DNA of 64,000 bases, from contig CAVQBK010000013.1 in assembly GCA_963710755.1 (NCBI GenBank), positions 1-64,000 on the forward strand. Direction: 5' to 3'. Below, piece after piece: positions 19,710 to 31,058 of this stretch; position 1 is the first letter of the stretch, and each line of letters opens with the position of its first letter. The translations under genes and the position numbers were made by a program. A model generated the notes under the pieces. That model did no database searches and was not told where the DNA came from. It was given only the letters and a program-made list of their open reading frames with translations. This stretch comes from an uncultured bacterium (GTDB taxonomy: Bacteria; Oederibacteriota; JAAXVQ01; JAUVAV01).

Positions 19710-19894
19710 TCGCTGTATTTTTATCATTTCGAAAATATCTTATTATCTAACTACGTGCCCCATTTCCCTTTTGTTGCACCAGGAACAATATAAAGTTCTT
19801 TGGGCCCGGCGGCCTGCTTGTAAGTATCTTCCGTAAAATAGTGACGAAAAAAGTGGCTGCACCGGTTTTCGCGGGATTGAAACCGACCTTAAGC

Positions 19895-21511
19895 CTATGG
19901 CCGCTGCTTTTGTCCCCTTCTTTTAGGACCCGCCAATGCCTGCTTAATGAAGCTGATTGCGTTTCTGATGGCTTGCCATGAAATGCAATAGGCCGCCAGT
20001 TCTTCTTTGGCATAGTTGATGGTTTGACTGAAAAAGTTTTCCCATTTTTGATAAAGCGACTGTATTTTGCCCCCCAGCATTCTGGTATCGAGCGCCAACA
20101 GGGGATGGCTTTTAATAAATACGAACACCTTCGCCGGATCTTGGATGAGCCGCAATTTGCTTTTCATATCATTGATTTTCACGGGATCACTGGGTTGAAA
20201 TTGCTGATTGGGTCTGTTTAATACCATGTTTTTCAAATCCATAACCTCTTTGGCCGCCTGATTGGTAAAGGCATTTTTGGCCGTGGCGCTGTGATGACCT
20301 TCATGCAGTAACGCCGCCCATTCATAAAACGGGTTTTTTAACGGCCGCGGTGTTATTTCTCCAATGGTGGCCCAATCCATCCAGGCATAACGGCCGCTAC
20401 CTGATAAGAACATTCTGGTTTCAGCGCCGATGTTTTTTTGGGGAGCTTTGGAAAAACCAAAAACATAGCGGCTGAGATCCTGCCAGGTGCTTTGGGGCTT
20501 AACTTTTAATACCTTATTAATAAACCGTTGATGCCTGATCACTGTTTTCCGCTGGAAAGGTTCTTCAACTTTTACCAAATTATTCAAGTGCCGCCTGGGT
20601 TGCTTGATTTCCTGTTGATTCCGGTTGTCCATGATAACCGTTTTTTTACCCAGCCAGGCTCGAAACGGACCTAAAACAAGCTGATCTATTTGCAAAGTCT
20701 TCAATAATTGAGCATCCAATTTCGGATAATTGAAAATTTGACTGATAATAAACAGCGGTATGCCTAATAATGCAGGTATGACCCGTGAGAAAGTCACTTT
20801 GGGCGGGCTGGGCTGAGGATTGACTTGCTTGACGATTTGACTGGCAGCTTTGACCGTATATTGCCGCTGAATTAAACGCGAGGACCGAGCCGAACCGCCT
20901 TGTTGAATTACATGGGCGATTTCATGCGCCAGTAAACGGCGGCCGCCGGTTGTATGCGGTGCATATTGATTTTGGTCGAAAACAATGTGTTGGCCAATCG
21001 TGTAGGCGTCGGCTTGTTGCTGCTTGGCCAAAAAGGCGGCCTGGCTGTTGTCATGAATACGCACATGAGCCAGTGAATGTTGGAATTTTTCTTCAAAAAA
21101 ATCTCTTGTATCTTTTGGCAGCGGATTTCCCGCACCTGCGGGTTTAAACGCCTCCGGTGTTTGTGTTGTTTCCATCCTATCGGCATGCTGCCGATCATTG
21201 CCATCCTGGTTGAAACCGGGCATAACCAATGCCGACCGGGGAGCCTGCATGTGAATGGGAATGGGTTGGTTGGCCGCAATGGCCCTTGCAGCTTGATCGG
21301 CTTCGGTCTCGCATTGACGATAACCGGCCGGCGGCCGGGGGTCAGTGAATTGAGGACTGCAGTTCGGACATGAGCCATCACATGGACAGCACGATGCCCG
21401 CGAAAGATAGGCTATCGGCTTAACCGCTTCTGCTGATTTCTTTTGCAATACGACCGGATGGGGTGTCAAATTGCGGCGAATTGATTCGAGCTTAACTTTC
21501 GCAATCATCAT
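19895..21511 (-). CDS. DUF4157 (eCIS core domain) protein with a C-terminal HExxH domain
   Basis: GNPLP...FFEEKF...VRIH...AYTIGQHIVF...LLAHEIAHVIQQ; later LLHEGHH...EELAAY; AGGAGG RBS. Confidence 0.85.
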   Translation of the reverse strand: MMIAKVKLESIRRNLTPHPVVLQKKSAEAVKPIAYLSRASCCPCDGSCPNCSPQFTDPRPPAGYRQCETEADQAARAIAANQPIPIHMQAPRSALVMPGFNQDGNDRQHADRMETTQTPEAFKPAGAGNPLPKDTRDFFEEKFQHSLAHVRIHDNSQAAFLAKQQQADAYTIGQHIVFDQNQYAPHTTGGRRLLAHEIAHVIQQGGSARSSRLIQRQYTVKAASQIVKQVNPQPSPPKVTFSRVIPALLGIPLFIISQIFNYPKLDAQLLKTLQIDQLVLGPFRAWLGKKTVIMDNRNQQEIKQPRRHLNNLVKVEEPFQRKTVIRHQRFINKVLKVKPQSTWQDLSRYVFGFSKAPQKNIGAETRMFLSGSGRYAWMDWATIGEITPRPLKNPFYEWAALLHEGHHSATAKNAFTNQAAKEVMDLKNMVLNRPNQQFQPSDPVKINDMKSKLRLIQDPAKVFVFIKSHPLLALDTRMLGGKIQSLYQKWENFFSQTINYAKEELAAYCISWQAIRNAISFIKQALAGPKRRGQKQRP

Positions 21512-21772
21512 CCCTCCTTGCTGAAGCTTTTTTGCCCAAAGTCGTGCTTGGAATTATTATAACAAAGGATAACTTGCTCCACTTGCTTTATTCTCGCTTC
21601 GTTAAAAACATTTCAAGATGTTGAGAGTGGGTCACACCCTAGAGAAGTGCTGATTGCTTTGAGACATCTCCATAAAAAGAGCGCCCTGCGGCACGTAGGT
21701 TGATATTGCGATATTCAACATCCAACATCAAGTGATGTCCCATACCGCGCGGAATAATATTTCAAAATAAAA

Positions 21773-21912
21773 TCACTGCTTTTTCAGATAATCTTCGACA
21801 ATCTTTGCAACAATCCCGGACACGGAGCGTTCTTCCCTGTCCGCGATTTTTCGGAGGGCTTTTTTGGTGTCTTCAGAAACCCGAACACCAATAAGTAATG
21901 TTCCCTATCCAT
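21773..21912 (-). pseudogene. Ribbon-helix-helix (CopG/Arc-like) regulator remnant, apparently frameshifted
   Basis: LLIGVRVSEDTKKALRKIADREERSVSGIVAKIVEDYLKKQ*; the nearest ATG is out of frame. Confidence 0.5.
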
Positions 21913-21942
21913 CATATTGCATCTTAAGCACCCACATCCCTT

Positions 21943-22602
21943 CTACTGCTGCACCGATGACTCCACGAGCGCCTTGACGACCCTGAGCATCTTTCGCTCC
22001 ATCACAAACGACAAGGGTTCCATCAGCAGTGCACCGCCCATGATCTTGGAGCGGCTATCATTACCGTAATGATAGCGAGTTCGAGAGATTAATCTTGTGG
22101 TCCCGTCCGGCCGTTGGAGAAGCAAAAAGGCCCAAGTGGTTGACAATGTTGCGCTGTCGTCCGCCTTCGCGGGCTTGCCGTACAACACGAGCGTGGAAGG
22201 CTCGTCAACAAGGGTCACGGTCAGCGGTGGTGCCTCCACGTGCAACTTGATCAGGTCGCCTACCCGAAGAAGTTGATGTTCTTCGAGGATACGGGCAGTA
22301 TTTTCAATCTTGCAACCGGCGAGATTCTCCAACTTTTCATAGCTGTAAAATCCGCCGCGGCCCTGGCCGATTTGCGCAATCCAAGGCCAGACTTGCTGCG
22401 GCGTTGCATCGATCGAAATGACGTGATTTGCCATCCATTTCGGATCAGGGATGATATGGTCACCGGCATAGGGTGTTTCAAGTTCGTCATCAGTCGCTCC
22501 CCATCTCCGGCGCCGGGACCGGAAAAAGGGCGTGGCAAAAGCACCCATGATCTCGAGAATGCCCCACAGCGCTTCCATCCATGAAGTACCTATCGAGGTC
22601 AT
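21943..22602 (-). CDS. SRPBCC-like conserved protein
   Basis: WGATDDE...PGD-like, IDATPQQVWPWIAQIGQGRGGFYSY; AGGAGG RBS. Confidence 0.75.
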   Translation of the reverse strand: MTSIGTSWMEALWGILEIMGAFATPFFRSRRRRWGATDDELETPYAGDHIIPDPKWMANHVISIDATPQQVWPWIAQIGQGRGGFYSYEKLENLAGCKIENTARILEEHQLLRVGDLIKLHVEAPPLTVTLVDEPSTLVLYGKPAKADDSATLSTTWAFLLLQRPDGTTRLISRTRYHYGNDSRSKIMGGALLMEPLSFVMERKMLRVVKALVESSVQQ

Positions 22603-22690
22603 CGTGGTTTCCTCCTATCCGAAGATTCCAATTCCGTAATCTTAATCTTTATAGTTCGATATTCAAGCATGGCTGTAATCTTATCCGGCG

Positions 22691-23347
22691 CTAGTGATGC
22701 ACTTCATTCCGTCTTATATCACCTGCCAAAGCGCAAACAAAGGCGCCGTTGGCAAGTACCGCGGTCAACAGCACAAAACCCAAAGTAATATTCAGCAGTA
22801 TTTCCGGGTCTTTTTGCCTTGGGAAATAGCCAAATATTCCCAGTTCCATCACCGTCACCCAGGATAAAGCCGTCAGCAACAGGATTGGCTTCCAGAGTGT
22901 GGCCAGGACGTTCCTCGCGCCCGTCGACAAGACCTTTCTCCACCAGGTTAAGGGTTTATCAATCCGGGTCGCATACCCCCAGGTAGTCAGAGAAAGGATG
23001 ATATGCCCGACACCACCGCCGACCAGCGTCAGGGCCAGCAGAAACAAAAGAAACATTGTGGCCCCATGCTTTCTTTGAATAAAGTTCAGAGACCAAATAA
23101 TGATAGCCAGACCGACCAGCAAAACAGCGATGCCGGAAAGTAAAAAATTGGGAATAACCGTAACAGCGCCTTCCGTCCCATATATCCAAAATCGATGAGC
23201 TTCGCCGATCGCTTCAATAAAAAAACCTTTGGTCGCCGTACTGCCTTGCATGATTTCAAAAATGCCGTGGTTAATGATTCCGGCCAGACCCAGCAAGGTC
23301 CCGAGCGTAGCAGCTGTTAGTCGTGTTTTGCGGTTGTCGTAGGTCAT
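22691..23347 (-). CDS. Hypothetical membrane protein
   Basis: Multiple TM segments, HGIFEIMQG; start at MTYDNRK after AGGAGG. Confidence 0.75.
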   Translation of the reverse strand: MTYDNRKTRLTAATLGTLLGLAGIINHGIFEIMQGSTATKGFFIEAIGEAHRFWIYGTEGAVTVIPNFLLSGIAVLLVGLAIIIWSLNFIQRKHGATMFLLFLLALTLVGGGVGHIILSLTTWGYATRIDKPLTWWRKVLSTGARNVLATLWKPILLLTALSWVTVMELGIFGYFPRQKDPEILLNITLGFVLLTAVLANGAFVCALAGDIRRNEVHH

Positions 23348-23554
23348 AGCTTCCTCCTTTAATAAACATCCCTCATGAAACTTCCTATGCGGAGTTTGTG
23401 AAGCTACTGCTCCCATTCCATACATGCCTTTTTCTCTGCTAAATCATCCTTTCCGATAACACAACCGCCTTGACCATATTTCCGTAAGACTCCATCTATC
23501 TTCAAATATAGTGTTCCCCTACTATTGATCCATTATTGGGAAGGCATACAATCT

Positions 23555-24391
23555 TTAGTGCTGTTGCAGCGACATAGGCGCCTTCTTTCGTCCTAAAACC
23601 CCACTTATCCCGACGGCTACCCACAGCACGGCTGTCCAGGAGAGGATATAGGTAATCAGGGCTGCACCCTCGAGGGCCGGCTCTATGGCCATCATGCAAA
23701 CCACCAGACTCATATGCATGAGAATAACCGCTGACAGGCTTTTCGTTCTGCTGTATAACCAGACCATCATGATGCGGAAGGCGACAATCCAGGAGAAAAG
23801 GCGTACCAGCAACAGGAGCAGCGGTATTGCCGCGGCAAAGCTATCCTTTTGCCAAAAAGGCGGGAAATGCCACAGGCCCCACAGCAGGCCCGTAAGGACA
23901 CCGCTTTTCAGGATACTATGGGTGGCTAGCAAGCGAGGCACTGCGAAGCCCGTCCATCCAAGCTCCTCAAAAATCGCAATAAAAAAACCGGCCCCAATAC
24001 CTGTTAACAACAGCATAGCTTTGCTATCCGCAACAAGTATCTTTGGTATAAACTGTTCGTCAAACAAGGCTAGGACAAGTAATGTGCCCATCGCCGAGAC
24101 CGGCGCCGTCAGCAGTGCAATAGCATAATAGCGGCCCCCGAAACGCCAGTGCTTCAGGTGGCCCCACAGGCTGTAAAAACCATCTCTACCCTGAGTCAGG
24201 GCCATTACGATCAGCATGGCGCCGGCTGGGCCAAGCAGCAGGGCCATACCCATCGTCCGGGCTTGGTCCGCAGTTGCCGGCAATCCACGGGGGCCGAAGA
24301 AGATCAGGATTGCTCCCCAGGAAATAAGGAATGCAAGGGTGAAATAAGCAATTAGTTGGTGCCGCTGCAAATAAGATATGATTTTTATCAT
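23555..24391 (-). CDS. CPBP (CAAX/Abi) intramembrane glutamic endopeptidase
   Basis: EELGWTGF, WGLWH, ILMH motifs; likely start MIKII. Confidence 0.88.
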   Translation of the reverse strand: MIKIISYLQRHQLIAYFTLAFLISWGAILIFFGPRGLPATADQARTMGMALLLGPAGAMLIVMALTQGRDGFYSLWGHLKHWRFGGRYYAIALLTAPVSAMGTLLVLALFDEQFIPKILVADSKAMLLLTGIGAGFFIAIFEELGWTGFAVPRLLATHSILKSGVLTGLLWGLWHFPPFWQKDSFAAAIPLLLLLVRLFSWIVAFRIMMVWLYSRTKSLSAVILMHMSLVVCMMAIEPALEGAALITYILSWTAVLWVAVGISGVLGRKKAPMSLQQH

Positions 24392-24635
24392 GACAGCCTC
24401 GTTCTGTTTTCCACTAGGATCATCACGCGGCCAAGGTAACCAAGGTGTTTTCAGGGAATCGCAACGACGGGCATTCGAGGTCAGTGACGCGCGAAGCTCG
24501 AAAAGCTGAGGAATTTGGCAAAATTTTCTTCTACACAGGACTATAGCAATGGTGCCAAAAAGCGTCAATTTGTAATAATCCAAACTTAATCGCACCATCA
24601 TGGCCAGATCGGCATGATCACGGGGTAGGTGATGG

Positions 24636-24873
24636 CATTAAGTCTTAAGACTTATCTTTTTTGTTTTGAAAATCACCCCGTCAGGTCGATGGAGAAAGTA
24701 TTTGCGAAAAGGACTATTTTTTTCACCTTTTCGCAAGCTAAGGCTGCCCTTCTTCGGCAGCCGTCTTTCGCAATGGACCTAACAAAAAATAAGCAACGTA
24801 AAAAGCTCATCCTGCAGCCGCAATGTTTTTCAAAAGTGCCGGCAGTACTGGTCAGATCAAGTTGGAGCTATTA
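24636..24873 (-). repeat. 238-bp structured dispersed element, copy 1 (inverse of 40403-40640)
   Basis: Reverse complement aligns end to end with 40403-40640; internal hairpins TTGCGAAAAGG/CCTTTTCGCAA and GGCTGCC/GGCAGCC. Confidence 0.85.
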
Positions 24874-25009
24874 CTTTTAAGGATCGGCAGGGGTTTAAAT
24901 TAATCAGTAACCTCAGATACCGACTAATGGCCTTTACCTGTATCGTGTCACCGGATTTGCAATTGGTATGATCAGTTTACATCCTCTTTGTTTTTTCCAT
25001 CATTTGGAT

Positions 25010-25246
25010 TTATTCCATCATCTTGTTGGGCACTGACTTTTTCGTCTTTTTTTCCTTAATTTCAATGATATGGTCTACTTCCGGCTGATAAAAAGCATGC
25101 AACGCGCCAAGGGCATTACCTAAACCACTACTGCTTGATCTCTTTTTTCTCCAATAGATATAACCCTTTTTTTCCGCCCACAGACCAATACGATCCAAAC
25201 CAAATATGATAATTAGGGCTAAAAATATTTTTATCACTATAGCCAT
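25010..25246 (-). CDS. Small hypothetical membrane-anchored protein
   Basis: N-terminal TM helix, LDRIGLWAEKKGYIYWRK. Confidence 0.65.
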   Translation of the reverse strand: MAIVIKIFLALIIIFGLDRIGLWAEKKGYIYWRKKRSSSSGLGNALGALHAFYQPEVDHIIEIKEKKTKKSVPNKMME

Positions 25247-25384
25247 CTGAACCTGCCTAGTTTAGAATAAGTACAATAATTACCTCAGTTTCCCGGTTGC
25301 AGATCAAGACACCAAATACGGCAACCATATGTTAAACGCCTACATCAAATATGAAAATCATAACGATCAATAAGGATCAACCCC

Positions 25385-25831
25385 ATGCGCCTATTTATGG
25401 ATGCTGATGCTTGTCCCAACGCAATAAAAAATATTGTCTATCGCGCCATTGAGCGAACCAAATGCCCGTTGGTTATGGTCACCAATCAAGCTTTGCGCAT
25501 ACCTGATTCTTCATTAATCACCCTTATAATTGTCGCCACCGGCATGGACGGTGCTGATAATAAAATTGTCGAAATGATAGCACCTGGTGATCTGGTTATA
25601 ACAGCTGATATACCTTTGGCCGATCGTATCTTAAGCAAAGAGGGGCATGCTCTAGATCCGCGCGGCATATTATACACTCAAGAAACCATTAAACAACGCC
25701 TTGCCGTCAGAAACCTCATGGATCATTTGAGAAGCCAGGGCATCATGACCGGCGGACCTGCAACATTCAATCATAAAAACCGCAAAGCCTTTTCAGATAA
25801 TCTGGATATGTTTCTCGCCCAACATAAATAG
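25385..25831 (+). CDS. yaiI: YaiI/YqxD (UPF0178) family PIN-like protein
   Basis: DADACP, GMDGAD, GDLVITADIPLA. Confidence 0.9.
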   Translation: MRLFMDADACPNAIKNIVYRAIERTKCPLVMVTNQALRIPDSSLITLIIVATGMDGADNKIVEMIAPGDLVITADIPLADRILSKEGHALDPRGILYTQETIKQRLAVRNLMDHLRSQGIMTGGPATFNHKNRKAFSDNLDMFLAQHK

Positions 25832-25834
25832 ATT

Positions 25835-25867
25835 TTAACGGTTAACAGTGCCGGCGTTAACCGTTAA
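25835..25867. terminator. Hairpin downstream of yaiI
   Basis: TTAACGGTTAAC-9 nt-GTTAACCGTTAA. Confidence 0.5.
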
Positions 25868-26143
25868 TTAGGAATATTTTAACTTGAATAAAACCTTCCT
25901 TAAGCCATTAATACCGGCTATGGTTCAGGGATAAAAACACCGCTTAGGATAGTGTTCAGGAAAACTCCAGTTCATCCCTAATAACTCAAGGTCTTATACT
26001 TATCAAAAAATCAGGTATTATTGGGCATTAGCCGTTGACGGGTATGACATAATATGATTATTTATCAAAATACTTTGAAATACATCCTGCCTCGCATCAA
26101 ATTCCATGGGCTTTAACTAATCTATTATCGGAAGGTCAACTTC

Positions 26144-27577
26144 ATGCACATTATTGATTATATTATTTTTGGTTTATATTTATGCGGGGTGGTTAGTGTC
26201 GGTCTGTATTTTTATAGGAAAAACGAAACAACGGAAGATTATTATGTTGGCAGCCGTTCTGTCAAAGCCCACCACGTAGGCTTGTCAATTGTCGCAACCG
26301 ATGTAGGCGGCGGTTTTTCCATTGGCTTGGGCGGACTGGGATTTGTCATGGGATTATCCGGTTCCTGGCTTTTGTTTACCGGTCTGGTAGGGGCCTGGGT
26401 TTCCGCTGTACTGATCATTCCCAAAATTAAAAAAGTTGATGCGCAGCATAACATGCTCACCTACCCTGATTTTCTTCGTTTTCGATTCAATAGTAAAGTT
26501 GCTTTAGTCGCGGCCATTATTTCCGGAATTGGTTACCTGGGATTCACAGGCGCGCAAATATTAGCCGGAGCCAAATTGGCTGCCGCGACCATGATCACCC
26601 GGGCTCCCTTTGGTATTACGCCACTTCAATTTTCTGTTTATACGATTGCATTAATTACCATCCTGTATACTGTGGCCGGTGGATTAAAAGCCGTTATTTA
26701 TACGGATACCATTCAATGGATCATCCTGCTTTTCGGATTGATTTTCATTACCATTCCAGTAGCCTTATGGAAACTAGGCGGCTGGCACGTCTTGGTATCT
26801 TCCCTGCCTCCCAATTTCTTTTCCCTTTTCAACTTAAGTTGGATAAAATTCATCAACTGGATGATTACAATTATACCCATATGGTTGATTGGCATGACCT
26901 TGTACCAAAGAATTTATGCCTGCAAAAATGAAAAGGAAGCCAAAAGAGCCTGGTTTATAGCGGGTATTTTCGAGTATCCCGTCATGGCCGTATCCGGCGT
27001 TTTTCTCGGCATGTGCGCACGGGTGATCTTTCCAGGAGCGGAAGCCGAAATGGGATTGCCGCTTCTGATCAAAAATGTCTTGCCCCTTGGTGTCACCGGT
27101 ATCGTTATTGCGTCTTATTTTTCCGCCATCATGTCCACGGCGGACAGTTGTTTGATGGCGTCTTCCGGCAACATCGTCAATGACATTATTCATAAACATT
27201 TTATTCCTCAGGCTTCCAAAAATTCATTGATTCGTCTATCTCAAATCACCACATTAATTATTGGCTTATTGGCCGTCATTATTGCCATCCATTTCAAAAC
27301 CGTGCTTGATGCCATTTTATATGCCTATGCCTTTATGGTTTCAGGATTATTTATTCCTACCCTTGGTGCCTACTTTTGGAAAAAAAGCAGTTCCACCGGA
27401 GCCTTATTTGGCATGTTGGCGGGCGGGGGTGTGACCTTGCTGCTTCTGACCAAAATTGTTTCATTGCCGTCATTTTTAACTAAAACCGGTCTCGATCCGT
27501 CAGTTTATGGCATACTCTGTTCAGCAATCACCTTCATTGCCTTATCTATTTTATTTCCAGATAAAGCCAAGACATAA
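26144..27577 (+). CDS. Sodium:solute symporter (SSS family)
   Basis: [30 protein letters not shown]; many TM helices. Confidence 0.92.
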   Translation: MHIIDYIIFGLYLCGVVSVGLYFYRKNETTEDYYVGSRSVKAHHVGLSIVATDVGGGFSIGLGGLGFVMGLSGSWLLFTGLVGAWVSAVLIIPKIKKVDAQHNMLTYPDFLRFRFNSKVALVAAIISGIGYLGFTGAQILAGAKLAAATMITRAPFGITPLQFSVYTIALITILYTVAGGLKAVIYTDTIQWIILLFGLIFITIPVALWKLGGWHVLVSSLPPNFFSLFNLSWIKFINWMITIIPIWLIGMTLYQRIYACKNEKEAKRAWFIAGIFEYPVMAVSGVFLGMCARVIFPGAEAEMGLPLLIKNVLPLGVTGIVIASYFSAIMSTADSCLMASSGNIVNDIIHKHFIPQASKNSLIRLSQITTLIIGLLAVIIAIHFKTVLDAILYAYAFMVSGLFIPTLGAYFWKKSSSTGALFGMLAGGGVTLLLLTKIVSLPSFLTKTGLDPSVYGILCSAITFIALSILFPDKAKT

Positions 27578-27708
27578 GCGATGTGTTGAAAGCAGGATCA
27601 TTGCTGCATTTTTTCGACATCCAACATCCACGACGATTCAGGGGGAGTGATATTCGTTTAGAATTCCCCTGGTAAGCTTTTTGTATTTCCAGCCAAATGG
27701 GGATAGCC

Positions 27709-29064
27709 TCATATCCCTGTTGCTTTGCTGGGATGTTTTTTTATAGCACCATTTATCCATAAATAAGACAGGCTGCCTGATAAAAATGCCGACAAGGCTG
27801 CCGCAGCAAATATCCCTTTCACACCCCACCATATCGAGGCGGCCAATCCTAATGGAATGTAAAAGACAAACATGCGCAGTAAATTAACCAAGGCCGCTTG
27901 GATCGGCCGGTTAATGGCATTGAAGACCGAGGCATTAATGACCAGCATTCCCTGAAAACCATAACCCAGCGATGTAATTATGAGATAAGCTACAACAACA
28001 CTTATGACTTGAGGGTCTTTATTAAATAATCGGGCAATGCCTGGGCCGGCACTTAAAAATATTAGAAAGGTGAATCCGCCCCAACCCAGTGAGGACATTT
28101 GACCAAAGCGTATCCCTTGCGTAACGCGCTTTATTAAACCAGCGCCTCTGTTTTGTCCCACAAAAGGAATCATGACCGAACCAAGCGCCATTATTGGTGA
28201 TAAGGCCAGCATTTCAATACGAGTACTGACGCCAATAGCCGCAACTGCTGTTTTCCCAAAGGTGGCCACCATTCGGAAGACCACGGCCATGCCGACAGGT
28301 AGAATCAACTGGGTTATTGCCGCGGGGACCGCTATGGTTAAAATGCGTTTCCAAGAATCCATCATTCGGTGTATGGTGGGCCATTTGATTGTAAGCATCC
28401 GGAATTTGAAATGAAGAAAAGCAAGCGACATCATCAATGTTCCGGCCCGGGCGATAACAGTGGCCAAGGCGGCGCCTTTGAGGGTCAGCCTGGGAAAGGG
28501 TCCCCAGCCAAATATTAAAAGGGGATCGAGGATAAGATTGATCACGACGGCGGTTAGCATGATCATACTGGGAATAAAGGTGTTGCCGGCGGCACGAATG
28601 GCATTATTGCCCACCATAGGTATGACCACGAAAGGAACACCCATATATAAAATAAACATATAGTCACGGATAAGTTTCAGTTCATTGCCCGTGGCGCCTA
28701 ATAATCTAAAAACAGGATTGATCGTAAGCAGGCCTATGACAACCGCCAAGGTAACCAGCCCTACTGACAGCAACAAACTATCAGTGGTGAGACGCTTAAC
28801 CTGTTCATGTTTTTGACCGCCAATGGCGACCGATATAACTGCCGCGGCACCCACGCCCAGTCCCATGGAAATACTCCCTTGTAGCAAAACCACCGGAAAT
28901 GTAAAACTCATCGCCGCCAATTCTTCTGTCCCGAGCCAACCGACAAACATAGTATCCATTAAATTAAAGATGACCATACCCATCATGCCGATCAGCATAG
29001 GGCCGGCCAAATTGATCAAGGTTTTCCCAACAGGTCCTTCCGTAAGCTTTGGTTTGAGATGCAT
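27709..29064 (-). CDS. MATE family efflux transporter
   Basis: LTEGPV, DTMFVGWLG, NLILDPLLIFG, GAALAT; 12-TM pattern. Confidence 0.92.
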   Translation of the reverse strand: MHLKPKLTEGPVGKTLINLAGPMLIGMMGMVIFNLMDTMFVGWLGTEELAAMSFTFPVVLLQGSISMGLGVGAAAVISVAIGGQKHEQVKRLTTDSLLLSVGLVTLAVVIGLLTINPVFRLLGATGNELKLIRDYMFILYMGVPFVVIPMVGNNAIRAAGNTFIPSMIMLTAVVINLILDPLLIFGWGPFPRLTLKGAALATVIARAGTLMMSLAFLHFKFRMLTIKWPTIHRMMDSWKRILTIAVPAAITQLILPVGMAVVFRMVATFGKTAVAAIGVSTRIEMLALSPIMALGSVMIPFVGQNRGAGLIKRVTQGIRFGQMSSLGWGGFTFLIFLSAGPGIARLFNKDPQVISVVVAYLIITSLGYGFQGMLVINASVFNAINRPIQAALVNLLRMFVFYIPLGLAASIWWGVKGIFAAAALSAFLSGSLSYLWINGAIKKHPSKATGI

Positions 29065-29263
29065 TCAATCAATTCTTTCTGGTTTGCAAACCACCTTTTT
29101 GTCGCGGTTATTATATAGAAGGACCGGCTCAAGAATAAAGAAATTAATTCCCAATAATTTCGAACAAAAAGAAGAATAGCCCTCTTTTATCGCATTTTAC
29201 AAAAGGTTAATAAACCTAAACATTGTTGCGTCTTTCCTATTCCCTGTACTTCAGCTTAGGGGA

Positions 29264-30170
29264 TTGGGGGTTCCACACCATCTCTATCAACATGGGCAAA
29301 TAGCGGCGTACCGGTGCAGGGACGCCATGAAGATGCACATGAGTATGGAACAAATCCTCCCCTTTATCTCAACCCCATGCGGCACGCCCACAAACTCCAC
29401 CGATCCGCCGGGCCGTGTGGAACTGATAGCCTGCGTCATAGCCTCCTGCGTGCCCACACACTCCAACGCCGCATCGGCGTCAATGCCCTTGGTCATCTCC
29501 ATAATACAAGCCACCCCCTTATCTCCACGTTCAGACACAATGTCGGTGGCTCCGAATTTGTGGGCTAGTTTTTGCCGCGATTCATGGCGGCTCATGGCAA
29601 TTATTCGTGTGTCCCCCATCTGGCGGGCCGAAAGAACACCCAGTAAGCCGACCACCCCGTCGCCAACCACCACCACGGTCATTCAGGGTTTCACGTTGGC
29701 CGCCTCGGCCGCAAACCAGCCGGTGCCTAAAACATCGGAAGTCGTTAGCAGGCTTGGGAGCAACTCTTCCGTCGGTATGGAGGGCGTAGCCACCAGTGTG
29801 CCATCCGCCAAGGGTACGCGCAATCGTGGTGCCTGCGCTCCGCTCATCAATTTCTTGTGCCGGCAGGACGACTGGTAACCTGCTTGGCAATGGGGACAAC
29901 TATTATCGAGGAGAAAAAATAGCCAATCACAAACTGCCCCGGTTTGATTGAAACAACCTCCTTACCTACTTCCTCCACCAGGCCACAATATTCGTGACCC
30001 ATGGGGATTGACTTGGTCACTGGGTTAATACCTCGATAAGGCTATAAATCAGACCCGCACACTCAAGTAGCCGAAACCTTTATAACTGCATCGGTTGGTT
30101 TAATTATGGCCGGACCTTCCCGCTCCTCAAAACGCACATTTCGTGGTCCCTAAAGTAGGGTACCTTTCAT
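29264..30170 (-). pseudogene. Degraded Zn-dependent alcohol dehydrogenase (MDR family)
   Basis: CGSD, MGHEYC and GDGVVGL motifs spread over several frames with in-frame stops. Confidence 0.8.
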
Positions 30171-30369
30171 CTTTTTCTCCTTTCAGCCTTTGGCTTTTCC
30201 TTTTCCTCATTTAATCTCTTAGACAACCGATCTCTCTTGCCCGCATGACATTTAGTTATGATGACACCAACAACTCCTTGGTGTCTATGAAGTGTAAGCT
30301 CGTTGTACACATTAATCTTAAAAGATGGTTCCGAAGTAAAGTTAGGAGCCAAAGAGAGGAGGAAAAGAA

Positions 30370-31038
30370 ATGAGTGTACAAACAATGACTCAGGAGAGGC
30401 AGGAAAGAACGGCCACAATGGCCGTGAGATCATCCTGGGCGGAAAGACTTCTTGGTTTGGGAGGCGCGGTATTGGCAATTTTAGGATTGAGTGGCGTGTT
30501 AACCGAGACATTCCTTCCCATTGCTGCCTTAGTGCTGGGTGTATCCCTATTGTTTGAAGGAGCTGCAGTGACCAACCGTTTCCTAAGATATTTGGAAATT
30601 GCCAGCGAAAAGCGTGTTGAGACTACCATTTTGAATGGCGGCGCCTCGGTGGAATCGCTGGCTGGGTTGGGTGGCGTGACCTTAGCTATATTAGCCTTGC
30701 TCAATATCAACCCGATTTTGGTACCTATAGCAGCTATTGTTTATGGTACGGCACTCATGGTGGGCGGCGGTGTAACCTCCAGCCTTAACCACCAGCTTTT
30801 ACGAGTGACCGGGGAATCGGACGCCTTCCGTTTCATGGCCGGACGGATGATGTCCGCTTCCTCAAACTTCGAAGTGCTGGTGGGCATTGGCGTCGTAGCT
30901 TTGGGCATTTTGTCCATTATCGGAATCAATGCCACGGTCCTTACCTTAGTGGCTTTTCTGGCGGTAGGGTTTATTAATTTTGTGAAGGCTACCACTATTG
31001 GCCACCGTTTAACCAGGTTCCTGCATTATCACGCTTAA
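30370..31038 (+). CDS. Hypothetical membrane protein with internal repeats
   Basis: Repeated E-x-L-x-G-x-G-x-x-x-L-x-I-L helix pairs; GAGGAGG RBS. Confidence 0.75.
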   Translation: MSVQTMTQERQERTATMAVRSSWAERLLGLGGAVLAILGLSGVLTETFLPIAALVLGVSLLFEGAAVTNRFLRYLEIASEKRVETTILNGGASVESLAGLGGVTLAILALLNINPILVPIAAIVYGTALMVGGGVTSSLNHQLLRVTGESDAFRFMAGRMMSASSNFEVLVGIGVVALGILSIIGINATVLTLVAFLAVGFINFVKATTIGHRLTRFLHYHA

Positions 31039-31058
31039 TGTGTTATTTAGGCTGAAAG

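Noticed and set aside
23555-24391. CPBP/Abi protease as an abortive-infection gene
   Set aside because: The Abi label for this family is historical; context is ordinary membrane proteins, far from the defence cluster.
24629-24880. 83-aa ORF over the 238-bp element
   Set aside because: No equivalent ORF is reported for the second copy, and conservation follows stems rather than codons.
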